From: Octopus vulgaris
Lineage: Eukaryota
Assembly: GCA_951406725.2 (NCBI GenBank)
Contig: OX597835.1
Location: 36,890,001 to 36,954,000, forward strand
Length of the DNA: 64,000 bases
Direction: 5' to 3'
This document shows positions 1 through 14,067 of the stretch, in pieces. Numbering within the stretch: the first letter of the stretch is position 1; each line of letters opens with the position of its first letter. The position numbers were made by a program, and so were the translations under genes. The notes beneath the pieces are model-generated. The model saw only the letters and a list, made by a program, of their open reading frames with translations, made no database searches and had not been told where the DNA came from.

Positions 1-115
1 TCCATATTTACTTTCCAATTGGCTTCACTAAGTTAACGAAGCAATGTTCAATTTCTTCTGTAATTATTTTGAAGTTGAAGTTCCACTCTGTCTTAAATTT
101 GCGTTTCCCTAGTAA

Positions 116-255
116 CCCTTTAGCATTTAAACTGGCCATATCTGGCCCCAAATATTCAACATGTTTTAGGTTCAAACTCACCAGATCCAACCTCTTGCAC
201 CTGCTCTACAATGTCATTCTAAAAATAAATAATCACATTAATGAAATCTGAAGAT
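116..255 (+). mobile_element. Truncated copy of TTAA/piggyBac-type MITE
   Basis: Begins CCCTTTAGCATTTAAAC and aligns by eye to the copies at 29670 and (reversed) 15953-16165; right end missing. Confidence 0.6.
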
Positions 256-384
256 AAAGGTAAAAAGTAAAGACCCCCCTCCCCGTCTAGAATGTTCCCC
301 TCCAATATAACAGAAAAGTCTAATTCTTCAATTGCATGTAACATGGGCAACGCCGGGTATCTCTGCTAATTATTTATAAATATT

Positions 385-935
385 TGTGTACATGTGTATC
401 TCTTGTGTGCTACACCTGGTTCTTATTGCACCTAACTTTTATGTCATACATGCCCACCGATGGTGCACGTCCATTGGAGCATACTAGCTCCATTCTTCTC
501 CATTCTTCACATGTCCTCTGCTTTCAGGGCCTATGTCTCACTACCATAGAACTACCATAGCTGATTTACACAGGTATCATGCAATCTGCCTTTCACCCTG
601 AGAGGGAAGCATTTTGTTGCCAATAGAGGTAATAGCTCTCTGATCTTTCTCCATTCTTATTCTAGCAACTATTCTTTCAGAACATCCTCCTCCACTGCTA
701 ATTAGGTCCCTAGGTAACAGAAACTACCTCAAGCTCTAGAGAGCCTCCTGGGTTTTGAGAAAATCTATTTCATATGTGTACTTGGGGTTTATTGTTCCTG
801 CACATCTGCCACATACAAAGACTACATTCTCTGCTAATCTGCCTGTGATTCTATTGCACCTCTTATGCATCCATAGCTTGCACTGAAAGCATCAAATGTG
901 ATTCCTTCTAATGCCTTTCCTACATTCTCAGTATG
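385..935 (-). mobile_element. Degenerate RTE LINE RT/C-terminal fragment
   Basis: Minus-strand translation gives broken matches (FVCGRC, SSGGGCSERIVAR, LLPLLATK..LRVKGRL) to the RTE ORF at 56251-57495. Confidence 0.7.
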
Positions 936-1619
936 TATATAAAACATCATTTAATGTTTGGTGCTGCATTAAAAGCACCCAGCACACTCTGTAAAGGATT
1001 TGGCATTAGGAAGGGCATCCAGCCATAGAAGTGTAGCCAAGTGTTGGTTGGTTTTACAGGATCCAATGTGTTCAAGGACTGCATTATACTCCAGTGTTTG
1101 TTTTGGCATGGTTTCCATGGCTGGGTGCCAACCACTTTACAGCATCGACCGGGTGCTGATTTTTCATGCCACCTGTACTATTGAGGTTGCCATGCAGCTC
1201 ACAGATCAGCAAACCCTAGGGTTGGGGTGGGGAACAGCTTTGTGCTAGGGGCATGAGAGGATTGAAGTGTGAGAAGGGGAGGTAGCAGTGCAGGTTCTTG
1301 TAGGGGTTCTGCATGGCTACACACATCTAGCAGGAGAAGGAGGGAGAGGAAGAGTAAAATGTGGAGTAGGAGATGCAAGAGATAGATAATGGCAATAAGG
1401 TGCTTAGATAGAATGGGGGAGATAAAAGGATGTGGAAGAGAGTGTGTGTGGCGGGAACAAGCAGTAGGGGTAGTAAAGATAATACAATGGACGATGTGGT
1501 TGGGTAGTCGGCAGGAGCTGGGGTGGGATGGAGAGAAGAGGCAGGCTGCATTCATGGGAGTTGGGGAGAGTCAGTGTAATCTGGGTGGAGAGCACTTGTC
1601 TCTTCCCACCCTGATCTTG

Positions 1620-2110
1620 CACGTGGTTAGGGTATCGAACTCGTGATTGTAAGATTGTGGTTTCAATTCCTGGACTGGGCGACGTGTTGTGTTCTTGAGC
1701 AAAACACTTCATTTTACATTGCTCCAGTCCACTCAGCTAGCAAAAATGAGTAAACTTGTGATGGACTGACATCCCATCTAGGTGGGGAATATATGCCATG
1801 AAACCAGGAAATCGGCCCTTGTAGGTCAGCATGACTAAAGAAGGTAACTTTACCTTTTTTGTGGAGGTGCATGTTTTAGTGGTTAGAGTGTTGGACTCAT
1901 GATTGTAAGATTGTGGTTTCAATTCCTGGACTGGGCGACGTGTTGTGTTCTTGAGCAAAACACTTCATTTTACATTCCTCCAGTCAAACTCAGCTGGCAA
2001 AAATGAGTTATCCTGTAACAGGCTAGTGTCCTATCCAGGTGAAGAATTTAAATACTATAGAAACAGGGAAACTGGCCCTTATGAGTCGGCATCACTTGAG
2101 AAGGTAATTT
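1620..2110 (+). mobile_element. Tandem pair of tRNA-derived SINEs (family D here)
   Basis: Two consecutive units, each GTGGTTAG..GGTTTCAATTCC (A/B-box-like head), TGTTGTGTTCTTGAGCAAAACACTT core and GAAACCGGCCCTT..GAAGGTAA-type tail; further copies at 28768 and 34232. Confidence 0.75.
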
Positions 2111-2229
2111 TACCTACCCTGATCCTGCAGCTTAGTGCTGTACTGTCATCTCTCTTACCAATACTCCCCACCCAACCAACAGTATCTTCATCCAGAATTC
2201 AGTCTTGCTAATGAAGGCAGATCTTTTTG

Positions 2230-2410
2230 AGAACCTCATGTCACTAGAGACCATGATACTTTGTCATCTCCTCTGTCAAGCTCAGGGTCCTAAGGTCAGC
2301 TTTCCCCACTTCATTCCATGTCTTTTTGAGTCTCTCTCTTCTGCAAGTTCCAGCCACAAATAGCAACTGACATTTTACCATTCAAATGTCCTCATCCATA
2401 TATGCATCTC
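2230..2410 (-). mobile_element. Degenerate RTE LINE C-terminal fragment
   Basis: Translates to ..KKTWNEVGKADLRTLSLTEEMTK, matching RKTWDEVVKHDLRALGLTEAMAK of the RTE ORF. Confidence 0.65.
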
Positions 2411-2471
2411 ATTGAGACATTGAGAGCATGATGCCCTAACCACTGAGCCATGCACTTTCTTATATATATAT

Positions 2472-2510
<39 letters not shown>

Positions 2511-2523
2511 CATATATATATAC

Positions 2524-2617
<94 letters not shown>

Positions 2618-3292
2618 GTATATATCTCTTATGATAAAAGGCAGATTTTCTCTGCCTCTCACATAGTTTGTTTTTAATACAATTGTACAATATAGAATTT
2701 CTTCAATTGGAATTTACCTATAATTTTTCCAAGTAAATTCGATTGGGTCATGGCATATACATTTTTTTCAATTTCACCCCCAATTAAGCAAAAATTCCAG
2801 AAAACTCAATATTTTACGATTTGCCTCTCTCATTTCAAATGCTTTACTCCTGCTATTACCACACTTTCTCCTACTTTCTCTTTGCAAGTTTATACCACTA
2901 TCATATCCTCTTTCTGCAACTCTTATTCAACATCACACATTCTACTACTTTCTCTTATTAATGCTTAAACCAATCCTCAAAAAAAAAAAAAAAAAGGAAA
3001 CAGAGATCTGTCGCTAACTTTTGGTAGTATTCATTGGCGAGCATACTTCAGTTGTCAATTGTTGAAAGAAAGAAATTGTAAGCTAAGAAGGTGTGTGTAT
3101 GTATGTGTGCGTGCATGCGTGTGTGTGAGTGTGTGTGTGTGTGTGTGTATGTGTGTATGTGTGTATGTGTGTAGGAAGTGAAGGATAAAAATATGGCAAG
3201 AAGGGGACAGATGTACATATATACATACATCCATACATACATGTGTGTGTATGTGTGTGTGTATGTATGTGTATTAATGTGTGTGTGTTATT

Positions 3293-3680
3293 TCTCTCTA
3301 TATAAAGCTGAAGTTGTCTGTGTGCAGCAGGTTTTGTAGCTTCAACTAACACTATCTCCTCCGAGACCCTGCGGCGCAAGTTGACCAAAATCGAGAGTAT
3401 GATAGAAGAAGGGTGGCTCTTCCTTCCATAGAAGATAAAATTCAAATCGGACCATGTTAACACCATCAATTATTTACATCAAAAAGGTGCTTTTTTTCTA
3501 TGAAAATCCCTATTTTTTACGATTTTTTCTCTGCTGTGTCGCCACTTTTCGGTGTATTTCAACCAGAAAAATGTTTACTTGAAGAGAATAACAAGTGACA
3601 TAATGCAAAATTTTTACTTTTCAAAAATTCCAATTCCAGCGGGACGAAACAAACCCAAGCAACGCCGGGCGATACTGCTA

Positions 3681-3681
<1 letters not shown>
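3293..3681 (+). mobile_element. Non-autonomous Helitron
   Basis: 5' TCTCTCTATATAAAG; 3' CCCAAGCAACGCCGGG hairpin-like motif then CTAG terminus; no TSD. Confidence 0.65.
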
Positions 3682-3718
<37 letters not shown>

Positions 3719-3732
3719 GTATATGTATATAT

Positions 3733-3775
<43 letters not shown>

Positions 3776-5037
3776 CGAGGGACGTTTAATAAGTAATGCC
3801 TCTGACCCACTTGCAGTTGTTTGATCTAGCTGAAATTTTGCATGTGGAATCATTTATATCTCTATAGAGTAAGTGGCAAATTACAGCTCTGAATTAATTG
3901 TGGTTTCTGATTTACAGGTGTTTGAACCGAGTCAAGTGTGAAATGGAGCCTGTTGAGTGTCGAGCAGTGATCCGGTTTTTGTATTTGAAAGGACGAACAC
4001 CACGGGAGACTTTTGATGAAATGAAAGTAACTTATGGTGATGATGCCCCATCATATGACCTTGTAAAACGCTGGCATCGTGAATTCAAACATGGTCGGAA
4101 CTCTGTGGAAACAGCTCCCAGATCTGGTCACCCTCTTCTGCCATTGATGAGGCTGCCATTTTGGAAGATCGACGCATAATTATTCGCCAAATAGTCCATG
4201 AGGTCAAGATTAGTACCGGGTCTGTAGAAACTATCATTAATGACCATTTGCATATGCAAAAGGTGTCTGCCAGATGAATTCCCGGGTTGCTCACGCCTTT
4301 CCAGAAGCAAGAACGCGTCGAGTGCTCAAGGGTGAATTTGGAGATGTGCCAAGAAGATGAGTCAAAATTTTTCAAAAGACTGATTACACAGGATGAAACC
4401 TGGGTCCATCACGATGATCCAGAGACCAAAGCCCAGTTAATGCAGTGGAAGCACCGTGACTCATCCCCTCCAAAGAAAGCAAGGGTGCAGCCCTCCGCTG
4501 GCAAGGTCATGCTCACAGTCTTCTGGGACCAGGACGGAGTAGTGATGACAGATTTCCTGGCAAAGGGTACCACAATTGCAGGAGCCTATTATGCTTCACT
4601 TTTGAGGAAATTAAGAGAAGTTATCAAAATCAAGAGGTGGGGCAAGATCAGCAAAGGCATCCTCCTCCTGCAGGACAACGCTCCAGTCCACAACTCGCTT
4701 GTCACCAGATCAGAAGCACAGGCGTATGGCTATGAACTCCTCCCCATCTTTCCTGACCTTGCACCCTCTGATTTTCACCTCTTCCCAATCATGAAGTTGT
4801 TTTTGAAAAGAAAGCGTTTCCCAGATGATGCAGCCTTGATTTCTGAAGTCACGTTGAGGTTGGAGGACCAAGCTGGGTTCTTCTACAAAAACGGTCTCCA
4901 GAGCCGCATCAAATGATGGGAGAAATGCGTAACTCTGGGTGGTTCCTATGTAGAAAAAGACTAATAACTGTGCCAAGTTTCGTTGCTCTACTGCTATGGG
5001 AAGTGGGTCAGGGGCATTACTTATTGAACACCCCTCG
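3776..5037 (+). mobile_element. Full-length mariner (DD34D-type) transposon, decayed
   Basis: About 38 bp imperfect TIRs (CGAGGGACGTTTAATAAGTAATGCC.. / ..GGCATTACTTATTGAACACCCCTCG), 1262 bp, inserted in a (TA)n run. Confidence 0.93.
3943..4964 (+). pseudogene. Mariner transposase pseudogene
   Basis: N-terminal HTH (MEPVECRAVIRFLYLKG..VKRWHREFK), catalytic [26 protein letters not shown]; frameshift near 4140-4170 and in-frame stops near 4276 and at 4914. Confidence 0.9.
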
Positions 5038-5324
<287 letters not shown>

Positions 5325-6042
5325 AGGCACAATGGTCCAATGGTTAGAGCAGCAGACTTGCAGTCATAGGATCATGGTTTCCATTCCCAGACCAGGCGTT
5401 GTGAGTGTTTATTGAGCGAAACAAGGTGAGCTGCAAGATGCAGGAGGAAAGAGTGAAAGAAAGTTGTGGCAAAAGAGTCAGGTGTTTCGCTCATAAACAC
5501 ACACATCGCCTGGTCTGAGATTCGAACCCGCGATCCCTCAATCGTGAGTCCACTGCTCTAGCCACTAGGCCATGTGCCTCCACAGTATGGAAGGTGGACG
5601 CTAAACAATGATGATGATGTCAGAGAATTGCATAATCACTCTGTTAAATGCAGCAAAAGGAATCCCAAAGATTTATGCAATCTTACCTGGCTAAGTCCAC
5701 CCTCAGATTGCCCCCCCCCCCCCCACATTACATCCTTATTTTAAAATCATGTGACTCTTCTTCTGGTGTTTGCCGCATGGCTTCTTGCTTATCAACAATT
5801 AATACACTGCAGTCTGAAATGAAACAGAATAATACATTAACAACTTTGAATCATATAGATAGTGTCTGCACAGATAAAGCAGGATAATGAAGGGTGTCCA
5901 TTTACTTTTAAGACATGTGTATGTATATATATATACATGTGTATGTATATATATATATGTGTGCGTGTGTGTGTATATCACCAGCTAAACATACATATAT
6001 ATATATATACACATACACATGTACACAAATAGTTATATATAA

Positions 6043-7628
6043 CTAGCAGAGATACCCGGCGTTGCCCGTGTTACATGCATCATCATCATCATCACCATCA
6101 TCATTTTAATGTCCACTTTTCCTTGCTTGCATGGATCAGATACCAAGGCAGATTCTCTACAGTTGGATGCACTTCCTTCCACTGACCCTTATCTGTTTCC
6201 AAGCAAAGTAATGTTTCCTTATAGCCAGATATGGTTTTTTTTTTTTTGTGAAATATTAAAAACTAGCAGAGTTGCCCATGTTAAATGCAATTGAAGAATT
6301 AGACTTTTCTGTTATATTTTCTGTAATGAACTGGAATATCTATGTTTTGAATTTCATCAAAATTACAGATGAGTGTTATTTCACTCTTTACACACCCTAA
6401 ATAAATTGTAATCGTGCCACATGTATCCCATACTACTGATTTTTATGCGCATATTCCAAAATTCCAGTCTTATTGAACCTGTTAAAATGATTTTGTTCCT
6501 GAAAAATGGAGGTCATGGAGCTCTAAAATGTGGGAGTTAAGGCCCTTGTTTGGGGTAGGCATCTTAATGTCAATCAGAGAAGTTGAATTGTCGAGAATCT
6601 TTTTAACTTGGGTCTTATATCTATTGTTTGAACTTTTTTGAAATAGGAAATATATGTTCACTGGGTTTGTAAAAGAGAGCAAAGCTACCGGAAACCAAAA
6701 GACGAATGATCACAATAAGCAGTCAGCTACTCTACCCTAGTTGTTACCACTTCCAGTGTAGGATTCCTCACCATCCAAGTGACAGGCACAGCCGTAAAAT
6801 GCATTACAAATCTATAGCAATTGGAAGGGCGTGACCCAACTGAAATAAACATTAACACTGTTGCACCATTGAATTACAAATAATGCTCATCTTTTATGCT
6901 CAGGTAACCCTACAGCTTCCAAGAGCACAACTGTATTCATTTTGCTTAGATAAAATGACAAAATTGTGGGTGTTAAGTCCCCATGGAGGGGTCTTTGTAA
7001 CTTGTAAGAAGATGAAATTTTATAAATATTACTTCATTTGTATCTAATATCTATGGTAAAAATTTCATCAACAACAAAAATATATGAATTGTCATGGGGG
7101 TTATGGCCCTTATGCATAGAATATAATTTCCAAATTTCCTAAAGATCCATTCAGTACTTTTGACATAGTTTTGAATCATAAAAGATATGGCTAAAATTTG
7201 GGAGTTAAGGCCCCCGTTAGGGTGTTCATCATCATCATCATCATTTAGCATTTGCTTTCCATGCTAGCATGGGTTGGACGTTTCAACTGGGGTCTGGGAA
7301 GCCAGAAGGCTGCACCAGGCCCAGTCTGATCTGGGAATGTTTCTACGGCTGGATGCCCTTCCTAACGCCAACCACTCCGTGAGTGTAGTGGGTGCTGTTT
7401 ACGTGCCACCGGCACAGGTGCCAGACGGGGCTGTCAAACGGCCACAGTCGGATGGTGCTTTTTACAGGGGCCAGGCAAGGCTGGCCATATATATAAATTT
7501 ATTTACCTATGACACTACATGGACCCTAAGTAAGGCATGTGTAAAATTTGAATGAAAGTGGTTGTGTAGTTCTCAAGTTTTAGAGATTCACACAGACAGA
7601 CAGACATTCTCAGTTTTATATAGAGAGA
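6043..7628 (-). mobile_element. Non-autonomous Helitron with nested RTE 3'-end insertions
   Basis: On minus: A|TCTCTCTATATAAAACTG start at 7628, CACGGGCAACGCCGGGTATCTCTGCTAG|T end at 6043; RTE-tail inserts at about 6080-6230 and 7226-7490. Confidence 0.7.
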
Positions 7629-7783
7629 TAACAGTGCTTCTGTACTGTAACAAATTATGCAATTTATATTCGTTAAAAGTGTGTCCACACTTTTCTTTTT
7701 AGTAAACACATTTTAGCCACACTGTAGAAAATGGACACACTGTTTAAACAATAGATTCAGTTATTATCATCATCATCATCATC

Positions 7784-7821
<38 letters not shown>

Positions 7822-8346
7822 GTGGCTAGGAAAAAGCAAATCGCTCTGACTAATTTTTACCATTTAACACCCCTGTCTGAAATCCTTTATTCGTTTGTGT
7901 CCTCAGAGATAATTATTGTAGCTTATTGCTAATTATGATATGTGTACTCTCTAGCAAGCTAAATTGATTTATGAACTGGAAAGAACTGCAAATATTGGTG
8001 CCATCAACGAATTAACAGAGTCAATATACAGCACTAGAAAAGCAGAAATGCATGGCAAACTTTTAGGTGACTGGCAGGTGGGGGGGGGGTGCTTGTGATT
8101 TTAGTAAATACATATTTGCCCTCACTGTGGTAGACTCGGAGTAGAGATTGTACTCTTTATGAAGTACAAGAGTGGGGTGAGTGGGGGGTAGGAGGGTGGT
8201 GTGATGGGGTTATTTTTCTTGTTGGGTGAGAGAAAGGAGATCAGTTTGATGATCTTTCTGCGATTTTTTTTTTGTTTTTTGGTACTTAGTTCGTTAATTA
8301 AAGATTGGTTACTATTGCACTGATATGTTAATTAATGTAAGCGACT

Positions 8347-9140
8347 GTCGTCATCATCATTGTCGTTGCCATCGTCATCATAACCACAATCACTTCCACT
8401 GCCACCACCATTGTAATCATCATCATCATCATCAATGCTGCTACTGCCACCATTACAACCATTACCATCCATCATCATCACTATCGCCGCCACCATTCGC
8501 ATCATCATCACTGTCACCATCACAACCATCATCACCACCATCACATTTAACATCATCACCATCAACCCCAGTGTCACCATCATCACTATTATCAACAGCA
8601 TCACTGATACCATCATCACCATCACTACCATCAGTATCGTCATCTCTACCACTATCATCATTATCATCACCATCAAGACCACCATCACCATCATCATTAT
8701 CATTGTCATCATCATCAACATTACCACCTCCACCACCATCCTCATCACCACCATCACAATATACCATCACTTTCACTATCATCATTATCATTGTCATCAT
8801 CATCAACATTACCACCTCCACCACCATCCTCATCACCACAATCACAATATACCATCACTATCACTATCATCATTATCATTGTCATCATCATCAACATTAC
8901 CACCTCCACCACCATCCTCATCACCACCATCACAATATACCATCACTATCACTATCATCATTATCATTGTCATCATCATCAACATTACCACCTCCACCAC
9001 CATCCTCATCACCACCATCACAATATACCATCACTATCACTATCATCATTATCATCACCATCACAACCATCATCACCACCATCATTATCATTGTCATCAT
9101 CATCCTCAACATTACCACCACCACCACCATCACCATCATA
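8347..9140. repeat. (CAT/CAC)-rich low-complexity tract containing an 88 bp tandem repeat (about 4 copies, 8690-9055)
   Basis: CATTGTCATCATCATCAACA recurs at 8701, 8789, 8877, 8965. Confidence 0.9.
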
Positions 9141-9335
9141 ATGTTGGTACCTGAGTTCCTCTGATGGAGATATTTCATTTGTAACAACTGCACCATCTCC
9201 CCCACTCCCTTTCCTCCCTTAAAACTCAGCCACAGAGTTGACAAACCTGCATCTCTGGCACTGAATTCTTGCATATCATGTTCTGGATTTCTTGGAACAA
9301 CATTTGCTAGGGAGAACTTAGTGACGTTTCCATTT

Positions 9336-9545
9336 CTTATTTCTTTACTGCCCACAAAGGGCTAAACACAGAGGGGACAAACAAGGACAGACACACAGAT
9401 TAAGTCGATTATATCGACCCCAGGGCGTAACTGGTACTTATTTAATTGACCCCGAATGGATGAAAGGCAAAGTCGATCTCGGCGGAATTTGATCTCAGAA
9501 CGTAGCGGCAGACGAAATACCTATTTCTTTACTACCCACAAGGAT
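9336..9545 (-). mobile_element. tRNA-derived SINE family C, partial dimer
   Basis: GATGAAAGGCAAAGTCGA core and TTTCTTTACTRCCCACAA tail present twice. Confidence 0.75.
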
Positions 9546-9938
9546 GTGAATTCTCTGAAAAATTTTGGCATTTATTAAAGATGCAGGTGTGGTTGTGTGG
9601 TTGAAAAGCTTGCTTCCCAACTGTGGACTTGGGTTCAGTCCCCACCCCACTGTGCAAAACCTTGGGGCATGTCTCTTCTCCTATAGCCCTGGGACAACCA
9701 AAAACCTTGTGAGTGGATTTGGTAAAGGAAACCTGCAATAAGCTTGTTGTGTGTATTTGTGTGTGTGTTTGTGTATGTGTGTGTGTGCATGTGTATGAAT
9801 GCATGTGTGTATGCATGTGTGTCTATATGCCTGTGTGTGTGTGTGTGTTACCATCTCCATGTCTTGACATCATGTGATAGTTGTAAGCAAGTGTCCCCAT
9901 CATGCTAACAGTGTCTCTAATTTTCAATCATCATGAAG

Positions 9939-10234
9939 TGGAGGCACATGGCCCAGTGGTTAGAGCAGCGGACTCGCGGTTGAGGGATCATGGGTTCGAA
10001 TCTCAGACCGGGCGATGTGTGTGTTTATGACTGAAGCACCTAAGCTCCATGCGGCTCCGGCAGAAGGTAATGGGGAACTTCTGTTGACTCTTTCGCCACA
10101 ACTTTCTCTCACTCTTTCCTCCTGCGTCTTGCATCTCACCTGCAATGGACAGGCATCCCATCCAGGTGGGGAACCTATACGCCAAGGAAACCTGGAAAAC
10201 GGCCCTTACGAGCCAAGCGTGGCTCGAAGGAACA
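9939..10234 (+). mobile_element. tRNA-derived SINE family A with 13 bp TSD, nested in another SINE
   Basis: Head TGGCCCAGTGGTTAG..GGTTCGAATCT; TSD AATCATCATGAAG at 9926-9938 and 10235-10247. Confidence 0.85.
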
Positions 10235-11314
10235 AATCATCATGAAGAAGAAATATTGCTTTACTTGGAAACTGGTGAGTGTTAGGAACAGGAAGAGCAT
10301 CCAGCCATAGAACAGCCACCCCAAAAAAAAGTTCCATCTGACCCATGAAAGCATGGAAAAGTGGATGTTGAAATGGTGGTGGAGGTGACAGCAGTAGTGG
10401 CAGCGGCAGCAGCAGCAGTGGTGATGGTAGTGGCTGTGGTGGTAATGATGATGATGATGGGGGGGGGGGGGTAAAATGCTTCATGACGGTGATAATGTTG
10501 GTTTATAGCAACATTATCATTAACTTTACGTAGTAAGTCACAGCAACAATGAAAAATATAACAAAGCACAATAAAAAAAAACATTAAAAAATACACATTT
10601 CATCTGATGGAGAGATTTCATTTGCAACAACTTTGCCATCTTCCCTCTCTGCCACCATCGTCCATCTTTACTTTTTTTTTTCTTTTTATCCTTTACTTTC
10701 ATCTCCATCATACCAAACCATCTGCTCTTGGAAATCTATGTACAACTCAGTGAGCGACTGCCTTGGCTGTGTACTTGCAGATTCACACCTGAATAGCATA
10801 AATAATTCATTTATTTTGAGCTGTATATACATATATATATGTGTGTATACATACATGTGTGTATGGAAAGAGAGAGAGAGATGGGGAAGGAGAGAGATTG
10901 AAAAAGTGTGTATGCATCTGTATGTGTGCGTGTGTGTGTGTTAAGTTTCCCTAAGCAAGAGAAACCTCGTGAGATCAAAAGTGTAGACACAGTGTTTGTT
11001 TATGCGTTAACTACTTTTAAATAATAAAGCATTTAACTGGTCAGATGGATCGGAACGGTAAAAGAGATGTGCAGTGACAGTGTATGTATGGTAAATATGT
11101 CTATGTGTGTTCACTAAAGTTACCTAATTATACGTGTGCATGTGCTGTGTATGGTATGTATATGTATTCAGAGTGTGGCTGTATGATTAAGAAGTTTGCT
11201 TTCCAAATCACATGGTTTCAGGTTCAGTCCCACTGCACAGGACTTGGGCAAGCGTTTTCTACAATAACCTTGTAAATGGATTTGATAGATAGAAACTGAG
11301 AGAAGAAGCCCTTG

Positions 11315-11344
<30 letters not shown>

Positions 11345-11347
<3 letters not shown>

Positions 11348-11595
11348 AAGGGAAAGTTTACGAAAATAAACAAAAGACAAAGGCAGGTGGTGTACAAACA
11401 ATAAATGTATTAGTATAACGCTCAGGAATAGAAAAAGTCTTTTACGTTTCGAGACTTCGTGCTTCTACTGGAAGGTACACAGAAAAAACAAGGAGAGAAA
11501 AAAATGTGTGTAGTAGCTAACGATCTATCATGGCGTCTGACTTGGACAGAATGGTCAGACGGGAAGGGGAAAGTAGGGGAGATAACAAGGTCAAT
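11345..11595 (-). mobile_element. Penelope-like pseudo-LTR/retrozyme-like fragment with decayed hammerhead
   Basis: Reverse-oriented relative of 14035-14193; minus strand reads CAGTAGA..CTC GAAAC GTA AAAG; flanked by (TA)n. Confidence 0.55.
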
Positions 11596-12967
11596 ATATA
11601 TATATGTGTGTGTGTGTGTGTATTTATATGTGTACATATATGTATATATTTGTGTATGCACACAGACACTTGTGTATGTGTTTGTTTCACCTTGTCATGA
11701 CATTATTAATACTGTGAATGAATATCATCCAATATTCTGCAAAGACATGTCTGGCCATAAGGAAGTATCACCTTGCTTTGAAACAGGTGAGGGTTTGTGA
11801 CAGGAAGAGCATCCAGCCATAGAAAATCTGCCTCAATAAGCTCTGTCTAACCTATGCAAGCATGAAAAAGGTGGAAGTTAAAATGATGATGATATTGTAT
11901 TCACTAAAGTTGCCTAATTATATATATGTGTGCATCTGTGTGTATGTATATATGTAAGTGTACATTTGTGCGTGTATATATATATATATGCACACATATT
12001 TGGACAGAATGTTTGTATAATAATGCAAGAGGAACCACAATCTGTAATAAAGAGCTCAATGCTTATTTAGCAGAGTTACTAGACTGTGAGAGCATTTATT
12101 TCATACCAGCAGCGGAACTACTTATTTCACTCAGTTAACTTCTTCAAAATACTGGGTAGAATTTTCTAGAAGCAAATTTATATATACGTAAAAGTAAATC
12201 ATTATAATTAAAGAATAACATACATGTAAATTAATGACACAAAATTGCAGTGAAGAAAAAAAAAATGGCAAAACTCTGGTCGGTTGGAATTATTTCAACT
12301 GGGGGAATTGTAATGAAAGCTATTAGTTGAATTTAGTAAATGGTTTAAAAAGAAACAAAATTTACAGAATGAATTAATGGATGGCTTTGGCAAAAATAAT
12401 GGCTTGTTTTAGTTGTTAAATTTAGAGAATGTAAAGTGGAGGGAATAGAAAAAATATGGGTGATTTATTGGAGTTTGTTTTTTCTAAAAACGTCGAACAA
12501 TAAATCAAATGTTGCTAATATTGTTAGATGCAGACAGGGCTGAGAAGTTGAGAGGCTTACTATGCAACTATGCAGTCTCAGGTTCAATCCCACAGTGCAG
12601 TACCTTGAGTGAGTGTTTTCCACTGTAGCCCCAGACCAACTAAATCTTGAGTGAATTTGGTTGATGGAAACTGTAAAGAAGCCTGTCATAGACACCTATG
12701 TGAGTATGTGTGTGTCCTATACACACACATTGTTTACTTGTTTCAGTCACTACCATCCTGGGACACCACCTTTAAGAATATTCTCTCTCTCTTTCTTTCT
12801 TTCTTTTTTCTTTTGTAGTTGACTGCATCAACCCAAGTTCTTGTTGTTGTTAAGCCTTCTGCTTATTCTATTAGTCTCTTTTGCCAAACTGCTAAGTTAT
12901 GGGAATGTAAACACACCAATACCAGTTGTCAAGCAGTGGTGGGAGACAAACACACACACACACATGC

Positions 12968-13059
<92 letters not shown>

Positions 13060-13632
13060 GGTTTCTTTCAGTTTCTGTCTACCAAACCACTCAAAAGGTT
13101 TTGGTTGACCCAAGGCTATAGTAGAAGACACTTGCTCAAGGTGCCGCACAGTGGGACTGAACCCAGAACCATGTTGTTGGGGAGCAAATTTCTTACATCC
13201 CGATATTGTAGAATTTATAAAAATTGTGCTATACCTACACATGAATGTAAGCAAACATAGAAACTATTTTGATTTGATTTTGATTTTCCAGTTTCAGCTA
13301 ATGAGCTGTGGCCATGCTGGGGCACCGCCATTTATTATATATATATATATATACAACATAGCTGTAATACATAATTGTATTTCTTACACGCATGCGTGCA
13401 CACACACGCTCACACACACACAGACATGTATAAATGTATGTACCAGAATCATTGAAAGAGCACCCAGTACATTCTGTTAAATGGTTGGTGTTAGAAGGGC
13501 GTCCAGCCATAAAACTCATACCAGACCTGACACTAGAGCCCTATGCAGTCCTTGAGCTCATATACATATATACATGTGTATGTATATGTATATGTATATC
13601 TATCTATCTATCTATCTATTTATCTATCTATC

Positions 13633-13663
<31 letters not shown>

Positions 13664-13755
13664 TCAATATAGGGTAGCAAAAAATTCAGCAGAAATTATT
13701 TGCCACCAGCGGTCTAGTGGGAAAAAGGAAATAGTCAAAGACTATTAATAAATTC

Positions 13756-14014
13756 AACAGCAAAATTAAGGAACGGCCATAATAGGTCGTTCAACCCACT
13801 AGAAATAGCAGCTAAGGCTTCAACCGCAAAAAAGTATTAATTCCGTAAACAAGGAGAAAATTAAAAAACATTTACCCTGTTATACTTTATACAATGTGTT
13901 TTTTAAATTTTCTCCTTGTTTACGGAATTAATACTTTTTTTTGCGGTTGAAGCCTTAGCTGCTATTTCTAGTGGGTTGAACGACCTATTATGGCCGTTCC
14001 TTAATTTTGCTGTT
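13756..14014. repeat. Long near-perfect inverted repeat (about 115 bp arms, 26 nt spacer)
   Basis: 13756-13870 is the reverse complement of 13897-14014 apart from homopolymer length differences. Confidence 0.93.
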
Positions 14015-14067
14015 ATATATATATATATATATATTTTTTTTCTCTCTCCTTGTTTTTTTCTGTGTCC

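Noticed and set aside
2995-3083. Candidate upstream non-coding exon of the GPCR (donor-like ATT|GTAAGC at 3078)
   Set aside because: Motif too weak and common to support without transcript data
9939-10015. SINE heads as tRNA genes
   Set aside because: A/B-box-like motifs run into SINE bodies with TSDs; no clean cloverleaf
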